A stretch of 64,000 nt of DNA, from IMG/VR virus record IMGVR_UViG_3300031992_000074, positions 1 through 64,000 of that record; one strand, 5' to 3'. Below are positions 9,672 to 19,457 of the stretch, piece by piece (the first letter of the stretch is position 1; the number at the start of each line of letters is the position of its first letter). Both the position numbers and the translations under genes were made by a program. The notes beneath the pieces are model-generated. The model ran no database searches. It saw only the letters and a list, made by a program, of their open reading frames with translations, and was not told the DNA's origin. This DNA is from a virus (lineage: Duplodnaviria; Caudoviricetes).

Positions 9672-11909
9672 ATGGATATAAAAGATGAAAATTATTTAGA
9701 TGAGCGTAGCTCTCAAGACTTTGGTATTTATGCCAATAGTGTAATTAAAGCAAGAGCAATAAGTAGTGTAGAAGATAATTTAAAACCTATTCATAGAAAA
9801 GTTCTTTGGACTTTATTTGAAGATAAGGTTTATGATAAAGGTAAAACTGTAAAATGTGCTAGAGTTGTCGGTGATGCAATGAAATATTCACCACACGGCG
9901 ACTCTTCAATTTATGGTGCATTAGTTCGTTTAGGACAATGGTGGAAATTAAAATATCCACTTATCACTATGCAAGGTAATATGGGTAATATATTAGGTGA
10001 CGGTCCTGCGGCAATGCGTTATACTGAGTGTAAGTTAAGTCCTATTGGAATGGCAATGCTTGATGGTATCAAGAATGATTGTGTTCCATTTAAGAAAAAT
10101 TATGATGGCACTTGCGAAGAACCAATAATGCTACCATCTAAGTTCCCATTCTTATTATGTGGAAACAATATGGGTATTGCAGTAGGTTTAAGTGCTAGTT
10201 TAGTTTCGCATAATTTTGGTGAAGTATATAATGCAATTTGTTATTATATGGAACATAAAGATTGTTCTGTTGCGGACTTACTTCAGTTCATTCAAGGTCC
10301 AGATTTCCCAACTGGCGGAAAAATATTAAATGGTGAAGATTTGCTATCGATTTACACTAATGGTGTTGGTGCAGTAAAAGTTCAAGCACATTATGAAATT
10401 TTGAAAGAAAATCAAAAGACTAAAATTGTTTTTACTGATTTACCTTATGGTGTTGAAGTAGAAAATGGTGTTAAAAAGCAACTTAAAAAATTAGTTTTAG
10501 ATGAAGGTAATACTGAATTTGAAGATATTATCGTAGAAGGTGGAGATACCTTAGATAGTTTAAAAATAACAGTAGTATTATCAAAAAATGCTAATGTTGG
10601 TAAATGTTTAGAAATATTATTCCAAAAGACAGGTTTACAATCAACTATTAAAATTAATCAAACAGTAATTGTTAATGGTCAACCAAGAACATTATCTTTA
10701 AAGGAAATGTTATCTTCTTGGGTTGATTATAGAAGTGCAATTATTAAAAAGATAAAAGAAGACGAGTATGGTAAGACAAATCACAAATTAACAGTTGTAA
10801 TTGGTTTACAAAAATGTATGAGTGATATTGATAAGTTAATTAGTCTTATCCGTAATGCCGCAAATCGTACATATGCTCGTGATGCAATTATGAAAGAATT
10901 TGAACTTAATCTTGAACAAGCAGATGCGGTATTAGATATGAAATTAAGTAAGTTAAGTAAATTAGATTTAACTGAACTTAATGATGAAGAAACTAATTTG
11001 GAGCAAACTTTAGCTGCATTAAAGAAGATTATTGAAGACGAAACATTACGTTTCGATATAATCAAAAAAGAACTTCAAGAGATTAAGAAAAGTATTGGTG
11101 AAGATAACCGTTTAACTGAAATTTTATATAACAGACCTGTTGAAGGAACTGTTGCCGCAGAAATTGCAGTTAAAAAAGAATATCTAGTATATCCTAATGG
11201 ATTAAGACCATTTATTGATGGAAACTTTACAGTAGACAATGATTTAGTCGCATCTGTTATGAGTTATAACTCACAAGATATTTATGGTTTTAATAAAGTT
11301 GGAGATATTATGCCAATTAATATAGCATCTGATATAATTGGTGCTTGTGTTAAGAATGATAAGAAAGATAAAATTGTTAGTGTTACAAAGAATGGTAATG
11401 TAAAAGTTTCATTAGTATCTCAATATAAGTTAAATAAAGCTGAAAAAGTTATGAAACTTAAAGATGATGATGAACTAGTATTTGCATCGTTCTGCGGCGA
11501 TAATGACTACTTAATCTTATTTGATGCACAAGAATGTAAAGTATTGAAGTTAGCAATAAAAGATTTACCTATTGCAAGTAAAGCTACTTTAGGCGTAAAG
11601 AGCGGCCATGAATCTATCACTAGCGCCGCAATAGTTACTGACAATGATGTACTACTTTGTGTAGTAGGTGGAAATAAAGGTAAATTTACTTCAGTAAAAG
11701 ATTTCTCTGTTGATAGTCGAGGTAATAAAGGACAAACTGTCACAGAAAATACAACATCTATCACTTCATTTGAAAATGGTAGAACTAATGTATATGTAAT
11801 TCCAAAGATGGGAAAAACAGCATTAGTAGATAGCAAAAAGTTGTCAATTAAAGGCAAGACAGCAAGCGGCGCTAGTTTGTCAAATAAAGTTGTTGTAAAA
11901 ACTATATAA
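9672..11909 (+). CDS. gyrA: Type IIA topoisomerase A subunit (GyrA/ParC-like)
   Basis: DNLKPIHRK, KCARVVG, SPHGDSSIY, AAMRYTE catalytic Tyr, GPDFPTGG. No QRRGGKG GyrA box recognised. Confidence 0.92.
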   Translation: MDIKDENYLDERSSQDFGIYANSVIKARAISSVEDNLKPIHRKVLWTLFEDKVYDKGKTVKCARVVGDAMKYSPHGDSSIYGALVRLGQWWKLKYPLITMQGNMGNILGDGPAAMRYTECKLSPIGMAMLDGIKNDCVPFKKNYDGTCEEPIMLPSKFPFLLCGNNMGIAVGLSASLVSHNFGEVYNAICYYMEHKDCSVADLLQFIQGPDFPTGGKILNGEDLLSIYTNGVGAVKVQAHYEILKENQKTKIVFTDLPYGVEVENGVKKQLKKLVLDEGNTEFEDIIVEGGDTLDSLKITVVLSKNANVGKCLEILFQKTGLQSTIKINQTVIVNGQPRTLSLKEMLSSWVDYRSAIIKKIKEDEYGKTNHKLTVVIGLQKCMSDIDKLISLIRNAANRTYARDAIMKEFELNLEQADAVLDMKLSKLSKLDLTELNDEETNLEQTLAALKKIIEDETLRFDIIKKELQEIKKSIGEDNRLTEILYNRPVEGTVAAEIAVKKEYLVYPNGLRPFIDGNFTVDNDLVASVMSYNSQDIYGFNKVGDIMPINIASDIIGACVKNDKKDKIVSVTKNGNVKVSLVSQYKLNKAEKVMKLKDDDELVFASFCGDNDYLILFDAQECKVLKLAIKDLPIASKATLGVKSGHESITSAAIVTDNDVLLCVVGGNKGKFTSVKDFSVDSRGNKGQTVTENTTSITSFENGRTNVYVIPKMGKTALVDSKKLSIKGKTASGASLSNKVVVKTI

Positions 11910-11916
11910 AAAAATA

Positions 11917-11945
11917 TTGACAACAATAAAATTTTATGCTATAAT
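11917..11945 (+). promoter_or_regulatory. sigmaA promoter with extended -10
   Basis: TTGACA 11917-11922, 17 bp, TGc-TATAAT 11940-11945. Confidence 0.8.
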
Positions 11946-11979
11946 ATATATGTAACAAAGTTACAAAGGAGTTTTATAA

Positions 11980-12264
11980 ATGGAAAATTTCATTTTAACC
12001 CCAAATTGTAGGATAGTATTAGATTATATGTATAAAAATGAACAAACTTTTGTCGGCAAGGACTTAATTGAACTTGTCGGCATAAAGGGAATTTATCCTG
12101 TCTTGAGGTCTTTATGTGATAAAGGTTTAATAGAAAAGAAAGAACCAATAATAAGAGATTTCACATCAAAAGACGGAAAAGTTTGTCAAAATGAATATAA
12201 GACTTATCGAATAACTGATAGCGGAAAAAGTTATATTGATAGTGGCTTAAATAAATTAGTATAA
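11980..12264 (+). CDS. Small winged-helix-like DNA-binding protein
   Basis: Helix-helix-LCDKGLIEK-beta hairpin-YRITDSG pattern resembling wHTH. Confidence 0.5.
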   Translation: MENFILTPNCRIVLDYMYKNEQTFVGKDLIELVGIKGIYPVLRSLCDKGLIEKKEPIIRDFTSKDGKVCQNEYKTYRITDSGKSYIDSGLNKLV

Positions 12265-12317
12265 AATAACACTAACCAAAGAAAAATTTTTAAGGAAAAG
12301 AAAGAGAGAAAAGAAAA

Positions 12318-13214
12318 ATGGCAGAAAAGAAAAATTTAACAAACACATTTACAGTAGTAGGACATTTAAAGTCAGTTGAATTAAGAAACAAGGATAAGTT
12401 AGCAGAACAAGTATCTGCAAGAGCTATTGTTGAATCTGAAATCGGCGGACAAACAAAAGAGTATGAAATCGAGTTCTTCTCAAAGGCAACAACAAGTGCT
12501 GGCGCACCTAACAAATTATATGCTGCTTATGTAGATTTAGAGAAGAATATTGGTAAGAAAATTAAGGTAACAGGTGAATTTAGAGAGAACCGTTATTATA
12601 GTTCAACTAAAGAAGCTGTAGTTAGCGTTAATGTATTAAGCGGACGTTTTATTAACTATGATGTTAAAGATGCCGATAGTGCAACATTTGAATTTCAAGG
12701 TTTTGTAATTAAAGAATTAACTGAAAAGCAAAACAAGAATGGTGAAGTATATCAATACAATATTGGTATCGCACAAGAGGGATATAAAGAAAATTCTTTA
12801 ACAGTAATTAATTTTAACGTATCACCTGAACCTGAGTGCGCAGAAATCGTTAATGTTATAAGAGATCAATATACAGTTGGTGCATCAGTAACTATCACTG
12901 GTGACTTAGACTTCCATACTGAAGTTTCAACATCTGAAATTTCTCAAGAGGGTGGTTTTGGTAAGCCAATTGTAAGAGAATATACAAATACTTATAGAAA
13001 TTACTTCATTACTGGTGGTTTAGCTCCATTCTCACCTGATGATGAAAAAGCATTCTATAATGATGAAAAGATTGCTACTTTAGTACAAGCTTATAAAGCT
13101 AATGATGTAGAATTGGAGAAGGCAGCAACTGAAAAAGCAAACACTGTAACTCCTAGTCAATCTACAACTCCTGCGGCAAAACCTGCTGCTAAGAGAACTG
13201 GTAGTTTAATTTAA
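12318..13214 (+). CDS. Putative single-stranded DNA-binding protein (tandem OB-fold type)
   Basis: Beta-rich repeats (TFTVVGHLKS.., TFEFQGFVIK..), low-complexity tail, position before AAA ATPase/helicase as in SPbeta-like replication modules, strong terminator after it. Confidence 0.6.
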   Translation: MAEKKNLTNTFTVVGHLKSVELRNKDKLAEQVSARAIVESEIGGQTKEYEIEFFSKATTSAGAPNKLYAAYVDLEKNIGKKIKVTGEFRENRYYSSTKEAVVSVNVLSGRFINYDVKDADSATFEFQGFVIKELTEKQNKNGEVYQYNIGIAQEGYKENSLTVINFNVSPEPECAEIVNVIRDQYTVGASVTITGDLDFHTEVSTSEISQEGGFGKPIVREYTNTYRNYFITGGLAPFSPDDEKAFYNDEKIATLVQAYKANDVELEKAATEKANTVTPSQSTTPAAKPAAKRTGSLI

Positions 13215-13216
13215 TT

Positions 13217-13245
13217 GAAGGGGAGTAATCCCCTTCTTATTTTTT
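13217..13245 (+). terminator. Intrinsic terminator
   Basis: GAAGGGG-AGTAAT-CCCCTTC then T-rich tail. Confidence 0.75.
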
Positions 13246-13289
13246 AAAATGACAAATGATAAATGACAAACAACGAGAGGAGATAAAGT

Positions 13290-14231
13290 ATGAATCTTTG
13301 GGAAATAGAACCACACAAAATAACTGCAACATTAAATGATAAAATTATTCAATTTTATGGTGCAAACTCAACAAGAAAGACAAGTGTTGCCGCAAAGTTT
13401 CCAAAAAGTTTAATTTTTGGTTTTGAAAAAGGTTATCAATGTATCGACGGCGTAATGGCAATTCCTGTTGATAGTTGGGGAAAATTTAAGGATTATTTAA
13501 GACAATTAAAAGATCCACGTTCAAAAGCAAAGTTTGAGACAGTTGTTATTGATACCACTAGAATAGCATATGATTGCTGCACAACCTATCTTTTAGCTCA
13601 ATATGAGAAAACTGACATCACTGATATTGGTACAAAAGGTAAAGGTTGGTCTTTATTAAAAAAAGAATTTAGTGATGTTTTAAATAGTATTCCTAAAATG
13701 GGATATGGTTTAGTTTTAATAACTCACGCTAATGAAGAAGAGAAAAATGGCGTTTTATCTATTAAAACTGACTTAGATAAAGTAGCAACTGATGTTATCA
13801 ATAAGTTAGTTGACTTTCAATTTTATGTAAGAAAAGAAGAAAAAGAAGTTGATGGAAATAAAGAGCTAACTGTTTTTGCTTATGCAGATGTAGCATTTGC
13901 AGACACAAAGAATAGACTTCGTTACTTCCCTAAACACTTTGAGTTTACATATGAAAACTTGTTAAATGCATATCAAACTGCTCTTGATGAAGAAGTTAAG
14001 CATGGAGCAACTTTAGACACAGATGTATCATCTAAACAAGTTAATGCGGAGTCGTTAGAAGATTTAAGAAATGAAGTTATTGAATTAGTAAAGAAAGAAC
14101 CTGAAAATGAGCAAATGGTAGATTATATATCATCTCATTTTGATAAGAAACTTAGTGCAACAGATGATAGTGATTATGATAAGTTAATTGCGGCTAGAGA
14201 TTTCTTAAAGTCACTATTTAATATTGAATAG
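13290..14231 (+). CDS. P-loop ATPase (AAA_24/Sak4-like recombination protein)
   Basis: YGANSTRKTS (variant Walker A), FEKGY, VVIDT Walker B, LVLITH. Confidence 0.75.
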   Translation: MNLWEIEPHKITATLNDKIIQFYGANSTRKTSVAAKFPKSLIFGFEKGYQCIDGVMAIPVDSWGKFKDYLRQLKDPRSKAKFETVVIDTTRIAYDCCTTYLLAQYEKTDITDIGTKGKGWSLLKKEFSDVLNSIPKMGYGLVLITHANEEEKNGVLSIKTDLDKVATDVINKLVDFQFYVRKEEKEVDGNKELTVFAYADVAFADTKNRLRYFPKHFEFTYENLLNAYQTALDEEVKHGATLDTDVSSKQVNAESLEDLRNEVIELVKKEPENEQMVDYISSHFDKKLSATDDSDYDKLIAARDFLKSLFNIE

Positions 14232-14659
14232 TGGACCCAAGACTTTTTACTAAGACACAACTTGAAGAACTAATATTGGAGTTGTCTGGTTTAACTAAGA
14301 TAACTCCAATGATTAGTAAACAAATTAGCCGCTTTGTTATTGACAATAAAATGTCATATCTAGAAATAGCAAGATGTGTAGATTATTATGTAGAAATTTT
14401 AGGACATGATATTAAGCCAGAGTATGGAATTGCTTTTGTAACAAGCATTCGTGAACCTGCGGCAGAATATTTTAAAAAGCTTGAGCTTGACAAGCAAAAA
14501 CAGCAAAAAGAAGCTGACAAAGTTATTAAATATCAAGACAAAAATATTATTATCAACATCAAGTCATATAGTCTATTGAATAAACCTAGACCACCTAAAA
14601 GTTTTGATATGGGTGCGATAGATGTAAGTGAAGACGATGACATAAACGATTCTAATTAA
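14231..14659 (+). CDS. Hypothetical replication-module protein, 142 aa (GTG start)
   Basis: ORF coupled to the ATPase stop, directly before the helicase. Confidence 0.6.
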   Translation: MDPRLFTKTQLEELILELSGLTKITPMISKQISRFVIDNKMSYLEIARCVDYYVEILGHDIKPEYGIAFVTSIREPAAEYFKKLELDKQKQQKEADKVIKYQDKNIIINIKSYSLLNKPRPPKSFDMGAIDVSEDDDINDSN

Positions 14660-14681
14660 ATAATAAAAAGGAGTAGGTCTG

Positions 14682-16286
14682 ATGTATCAAAAAGGTAAGT
14701 TAGATAAACTATATGATAGCCAGGCAGCATTATATGTATTAAGTAGTATAATGAAAGACCCTCTTCTTATTCAGAATGAAAGTTATGTATTAGACCCAAG
14801 TGACTTTTTTAAGCCTATACATAAAATGATTTTTGTTGCAATTTTTAATTTAGAGCAACAAGGTATCGAAACTATTGAACCATCTGGTATTGATTTATAT
14901 TTAAGTCACTATGATGCACAATATAGTTATTATAAGGCACAAAATGGTTATACATTAGTACAAGAATGTTCTCGTATGGCAATTAGTATGGATCCGAAAG
15001 AATTCTTGTATTATTATAGTCGTTTAAAAAAGTTCTCATTATTAAGAGATTTAGAATGTAGCGGTATTGATACAAACACTTTTTACAACACAGAAGTTAG
15101 TGCTTTAGATAAGGATGCAGAAGAGGATAAATTAGATAAGACTGCAATTGAAGCTATCCCTAATGCCGTTAGAGGTATTCTAGTTAATATCGAGAAAAAG
15201 CACATTGGTAAAGATACAGGTACAGCTCAAAATGCAAGTAAAGGATTAAGAGAATTAGTTCAAAGATATAGAGAGCTACCTGAAGTCGGTTTACCACTTG
15301 AGGGTTCTATTGTAAACTTTGCATTAAGAGGTTTGCGTTTAGGTAAATTATATACTTATTCAGCACCAACAGGAGCAGGTAAAACTCGTTTTATGTTAAG
15401 TGCGGCCGCATCTATTAGTATGCCATATATAGATAAAAATGGTCAAGTAGTAATGCGTGGTGAAGCAGGAGACGAGTATGAAAAAGTGTTGTTTGTAACA
15501 ACAGAGCAAGCAGCAGATGAAATTCAAACAATGTTATTAGCATATGTTAGTGGAGTTCCTGAGAACAAAGTATTAATGGGTGATTATACACCTGAAGAAT
15601 TGGTTAGAATTAACCAAGCATTAAATATAATAGAAGAACATAAAGATAAATTTTTAATTGAAGCAGTACCAGACCCATCAATTGCGGAAATAAAAGTATT
15701 ATTAACAAAATATATTATTCAAGACCAAGTTAGATATATATTTTATGATTATATCTTTTCAAGTCCAGGATTATTAAGTGAATTTAGAGATGTTGCAGTT
15801 CGTGAGGATGTAGCGTTAATGATGTTATCTAATAGTTTAAAAGAAATAGCAATGGTTCATAATATTCATATTACTTCTGCTACACAATTAAATGGAGATT
15901 GGTCAAAAAAAGAAATAGGACCTCGTGATCAAAATGTATTAAGAGGCTCAAAAGCAATTGCGGATAAAATTGATGGTGGTTTAATTGGTGTAAGATTAGC
16001 ACCAGCAGAAAAAGAAAAAATTCAAGAGCTTTGGAATAAAATAAAAGCGGCAAAAGGATATGAAAAAGACCCTAATGTAGTTATAGATGTTTATAAAAAT
16101 AGACGTGGAGAATTAAATTGCGTTAAGATTTTTAGATATTTTGATTATGCAACTTGTCATTGTATTGATTATTTTGTGACAGATGGAGAATATCATATAG
16201 TCGAAAATATAAAAGAGATAAAGTGCATAGAAAAAATAGTTGATTATAAAGAATTGAACTATGAAGAAGGGAAGGAAATAGTATAG
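14682..16286 (+). CDS. dnaB: DnaB-like replicative helicase
   Basis: Walker A APTGAGKT, FVTTEQ, YIFYDYI, TSATQLN, LRGSKAIADKID, YKNRRG. Confidence 0.9.
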   Translation: MYQKGKLDKLYDSQAALYVLSSIMKDPLLIQNESYVLDPSDFFKPIHKMIFVAIFNLEQQGIETIEPSGIDLYLSHYDAQYSYYKAQNGYTLVQECSRMAISMDPKEFLYYYSRLKKFSLLRDLECSGIDTNTFYNTEVSALDKDAEEDKLDKTAIEAIPNAVRGILVNIEKKHIGKDTGTAQNASKGLRELVQRYRELPEVGLPLEGSIVNFALRGLRLGKLYTYSAPTGAGKTRFMLSAAASISMPYIDKNGQVVMRGEAGDEYEKVLFVTTEQAADEIQTMLLAYVSGVPENKVLMGDYTPEELVRINQALNIIEEHKDKFLIEAVPDPSIAEIKVLLTKYIIQDQVRYIFYDYIFSSPGLLSEFRDVAVREDVALMMLSNSLKEIAMVHNIHITSATQLNGDWSKKEIGPRDQNVLRGSKAIADKIDGGLIGVRLAPAEKEKIQELWNKIKAAKGYEKDPNVVIDVYKNRRGELNCVKIFRYFDYATCHCIDYFVTDGEYHIVENIKEIKCIEKIVDYKELNYEEGKEIV

Positions 16287-16287
16287 T

Positions 16288-17370
16288 ATGCCAACATTAG
16301 CTGAATTAAGAGAACAATTAACTGATGAAACAATTAAGGACATACTTATACAATATGATGTAGAGTACGTTGAAGAAACTGAAGATTATATAGTATTTCC
16401 TACTTGTTGTCATAATTTAATAGGTGGTAGTCCAAAGCTATATTATTATAAAAATAACCATCTATTCCACTGCTATACAGAATGTAATAGTAGTTTTGAT
16501 ATTTTTGATTTATTAATAAAAATGCATAAATTAAGAGGTGAAGAGATTACTCTTAAACAAGCAATTAGTTTATGTAATTTAGATACAAGTTATCTACAAG
16601 ATGCTGACTTAATGAAATATGATGTTAGTAAAGATTTACGTTTCTTAAAGATAAGTAATAATAGTAAATTGGTAAATGTAGATGAACTTCAATTTAAAAC
16701 TTATGATAAAGATATTTTAAGAAAATTTTCTTTTGATTATTTAGGTTTACAACCTTGGATGCAAGAGGGAATTAGTATAGAAATGTTGCAAAAATTTAAT
16801 ATAAAGTGGGACCCTTTTAGACAATGCATTATCATTCCTAACTTTGATGTAAAAGGAAATTTAATAGGTTTAAGAGGAAGATTCTTCCGCTCTGAAGATA
16901 TAGCAAAAGGAAAATATCGACCTATATTTGATAATGGAACTTTGTATAGTTATCCAACAGGAAAGAGTTTCTATGGTATTTATGAAAATCATAAAGCAAT
17001 AGAAAAGAAGAAAATGTGTATTATATTTGAAGGAGAAAAGTCTGTATTATTATTTGGTAGTATATATGGTGCAGATAATAATATTGGATTAGCAACATTA
17101 GGACAAAACATAACAAGAGAACAAATTCAATATTTAAGAGAAATGAAAGTAAGAGATGTAATTTTAGCATATGATACAGATTATGAAGATATAGAACAAC
17201 TTAAACAAGTTAAAAATAATTATGTTGAAAAAGCAAGAATTTTAGCACCTTACTTTAATGTTAGTATTTTAATTGATTATCACTTCCTATTGCCATATAA
17301 AAGTAGTCCTATTGATGGCGGTAGAGAAATATTTGAAAAAATATTAGGTGAACAATTAAAAATAAGTTAG
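16288..17370 (+). CDS. dnaG: DNA primase (Zn-binding + TOPRIM)
   Basis: TCCHN..FHCYTEC Zn site, IFEGEKS, LAYDTD. Confidence 0.85.
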   Translation: MPTLAELREQLTDETIKDILIQYDVEYVEETEDYIVFPTCCHNLIGGSPKLYYYKNNHLFHCYTECNSSFDIFDLLIKMHKLRGEEITLKQAISLCNLDTSYLQDADLMKYDVSKDLRFLKISNNSKLVNVDELQFKTYDKDILRKFSFDYLGLQPWMQEGISIEMLQKFNIKWDPFRQCIIIPNFDVKGNLIGLRGRFFRSEDIAKGKYRPIFDNGTLYSYPTGKSFYGIYENHKAIEKKKMCIIFEGEKSVLLFGSIYGADNNIGLATLGQNITREQIQYLREMKVRDVILAYDTDYEDIEQLKQVKNNYVEKARILAPYFNVSILIDYHFLLPYKSSPIDGGREIFEKILGEQLKIS

Positions 17371-17379
17371 AGGTAAAAA

Positions 17380-19185
17380 ATGAAGCCAATTAAGTTAAAG
17401 CAACATTATTTAGAAAATGGTATAAATATGAAAAATTATCTACAATTATGCGGCATCAGAGAAGCTGATTGTGATAGTTTTATAGTAGCTCCAAAAGAGT
17501 CTGATGAACTAAACCCAATCTTATTAAAAAATATGCATCTTGCGGCAAGAACAGTATATGAAAGATTAAGTGATGACAATACTGTTGTGTTCGTGCAAGT
17601 TGATAGCGATATGGATGGTTGGACGTCCGCTTGCGAATTTATTCAATATGTTCACATTCGCTTTCCTAAGATTAAGTTAATTTGGAGATTACATACAGGT
17701 AAACAACACGGAGTAATTTTAGATACGGTGCCAGCAGAAGCGAATCTAATTATTATTCCAGATGCGGGTTCAAATCAGGTGGAAGAATTAACTACATTAG
17801 TTAATATGGGAAAAACAGTCGTTGTTCTTGACCACCACCAAGTTGAAGACGAAGCTGCGAGTGAAGCAAGCGGAGCAATTATCGTTAATAATCAAATAAG
17901 TCCTGACTTCCCTAATAAATCATTAAGTGGAGCAGGAGTAGTATATAAATTTTTACAATATTTTGATACTTATTATTATAAGTCCGATTTATATAAACAA
18001 TTTGCTGATATTGCCACTTTTGGTATATTAGCAGATGCTATGGATATGAGAGAATTAGATAATAATTTTATTGCTTATGAAGGATTAAATCATATTCATA
18101 ATAAACTAATAAGAGCAGTTATAAATCGTCAAGCTGGAGATGGTTTATATGCTAGAATATTAGATAAAGAGTCACCAACAAAGACTGAAGCAGTTTTCTA
18201 TGTTGCTCCTGTATTTAACGGTTTAATTAGATATGGAGAACAAGAGGAAAAAGAAAAAGTATTTGATGCTTTCACTACTCCTGATAGTAGCGAAATTATT
18301 GAAACTATTTATAGAGGAACTAAACGTAGCGAAAGTTTGTATGATTACTGCGCAAGAATTGCAGTTAATGCTAAAAGTAGACAAGATAATGCTAAAAAGA
18401 AAAGTATGGCAGTACTTGCCGAAAAAATTAATGAAGAAAATCACGATAAAGATAATTTAATTATAGTAACTTTGGCTGGTAAAGAAACTGAAAAGGTTAG
18501 TCCTAACATTACAGGTCTTGTAGCTATGGATTTAGTTAAAGAATATAATCGTCCTGCTCTAGTTTTACGTGAAGTTGAAGTTGATGGTAAAAAATTATTT
18601 AGTGGTAGTGGTAGAAATGGTAATTTTAATGGACTTGAAAGTTTGTTAGACTTCTTACACGAAAGCGGATTAGTTGACTTTGCACAAGGTCATGATGGAG
18701 CTTTTGGTGTAATGGTAGAACCTGATAAAGTTGAACAACTACGCGAATATGCGGAAACTCATATAGATAAAAAGATGTTTGATGATCAAAATATTTTTGT
18801 GGATTATTATTTCTATGGTTTAGATAGCGTAGATGTAAATGGACTTGCAGAGTTTGCTGAAGGACAAAAGATTTATTGCGGCACAATTCCTTCTCCAACA
18901 TTCGCATTTGAGTTCGATATTGATACAAATGATTGTAGTTTAATGGGTAAAGAGTTAACTTCAATAAAATTTACAAATAAATTTAACGATTTTATTGTAT
19001 TTAAGCGTCCAGATATCGCCGCTTTAATTATGGACAATAGAGGAAGTAAAATTCATGTTACTATGGTAGGTAAACCATCAATGTCACCATATGGTAGATT
19101 GCAAATAACTGCTAGTGACTGCGAAGTTAGTAAAATAGTAGCACAAACAACACCTGTAAAAAGGTCAGCATTAGATTTAATTTAA
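17380..19185 (+). CDS. recJ: RecJ-like DHH ssDNA exonuclease
   Basis: VDSDMDG, IIPDAGS, VLDHH, LSGAGV, SGSGR, GHDGAFG (DHHA1). Confidence 0.88.
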   Translation: MKPIKLKQHYLENGINMKNYLQLCGIREADCDSFIVAPKESDELNPILLKNMHLAARTVYERLSDDNTVVFVQVDSDMDGWTSACEFIQYVHIRFPKIKLIWRLHTGKQHGVILDTVPAEANLIIIPDAGSNQVEELTTLVNMGKTVVVLDHHQVEDEAASEASGAIIVNNQISPDFPNKSLSGAGVVYKFLQYFDTYYYKSDLYKQFADIATFGILADAMDMRELDNNFIAYEGLNHIHNKLIRAVINRQAGDGLYARILDKESPTKTEAVFYVAPVFNGLIRYGEQEEKEKVFDAFTTPDSSEIIETIYRGTKRSESLYDYCARIAVNAKSRQDNAKKKSMAVLAEKINEENHDKDNLIIVTLAGKETEKVSPNITGLVAMDLVKEYNRPALVLREVEVDGKKLFSGSGRNGNFNGLESLLDFLHESGLVDFAQGHDGAFGVMVEPDKVEQLREYAETHIDKKMFDDQNIFVDYYFYGLDSVDVNGLAEFAEGQKIYCGTIPSPTFAFEFDIDTNDCSLMGKELTSIKFTNKFNDFIVFKRPDIAALIMDNRGSKIHVTMVGKPSMSPYGRLQITASDCEVSKIVAQTTPVKRSALDLI

Positions 19186-19203
19186 TTTAAAGGAGTAGAA
19201 AAA

Positions 19204-19395
19204 ATGATCAGTTGGGAAACATTAGAAAAAGAATTTGGTATCAAGTTTAAACTTGCTGATGGCAGTTTTAGACCAGTAAATGAATGGTTAGATGATATTT
19301 ATTTACAAAATCCTAGTCGTTTTGAAGAATTAATGGAAACAATATTCTATTATGGTGATGTTTTATTCGCGGATTTAACTACACATAAGAAGTAA
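19204..19395 (+). CDS. Hypothetical protein, 63 aa
   Basis: AGGAG RBS; fills the gap before the dnaE promoter. Confidence 0.6.
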   Translation: MISWETLEKEFGIKFKLADGSFRPVNEWLDDIYLQNPSRFEELMETIFYYGDVLFADLTTHKK

Positions 19396-19401
19396 TTTTT
19401 C

Positions 19402-19430
19402 TTGACAAAAAGCAAAAAATATTCTATAAT
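19402..19430 (+). promoter_or_regulatory. sigmaA consensus promoter for dnaE
   Basis: TTGACA 19402-19407, 17 bp, TATAAT 19425-19430. Confidence 0.8.
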
Positions 19431-19457
19431 AATAATATAGAAAGGAAGTTGTGATTT

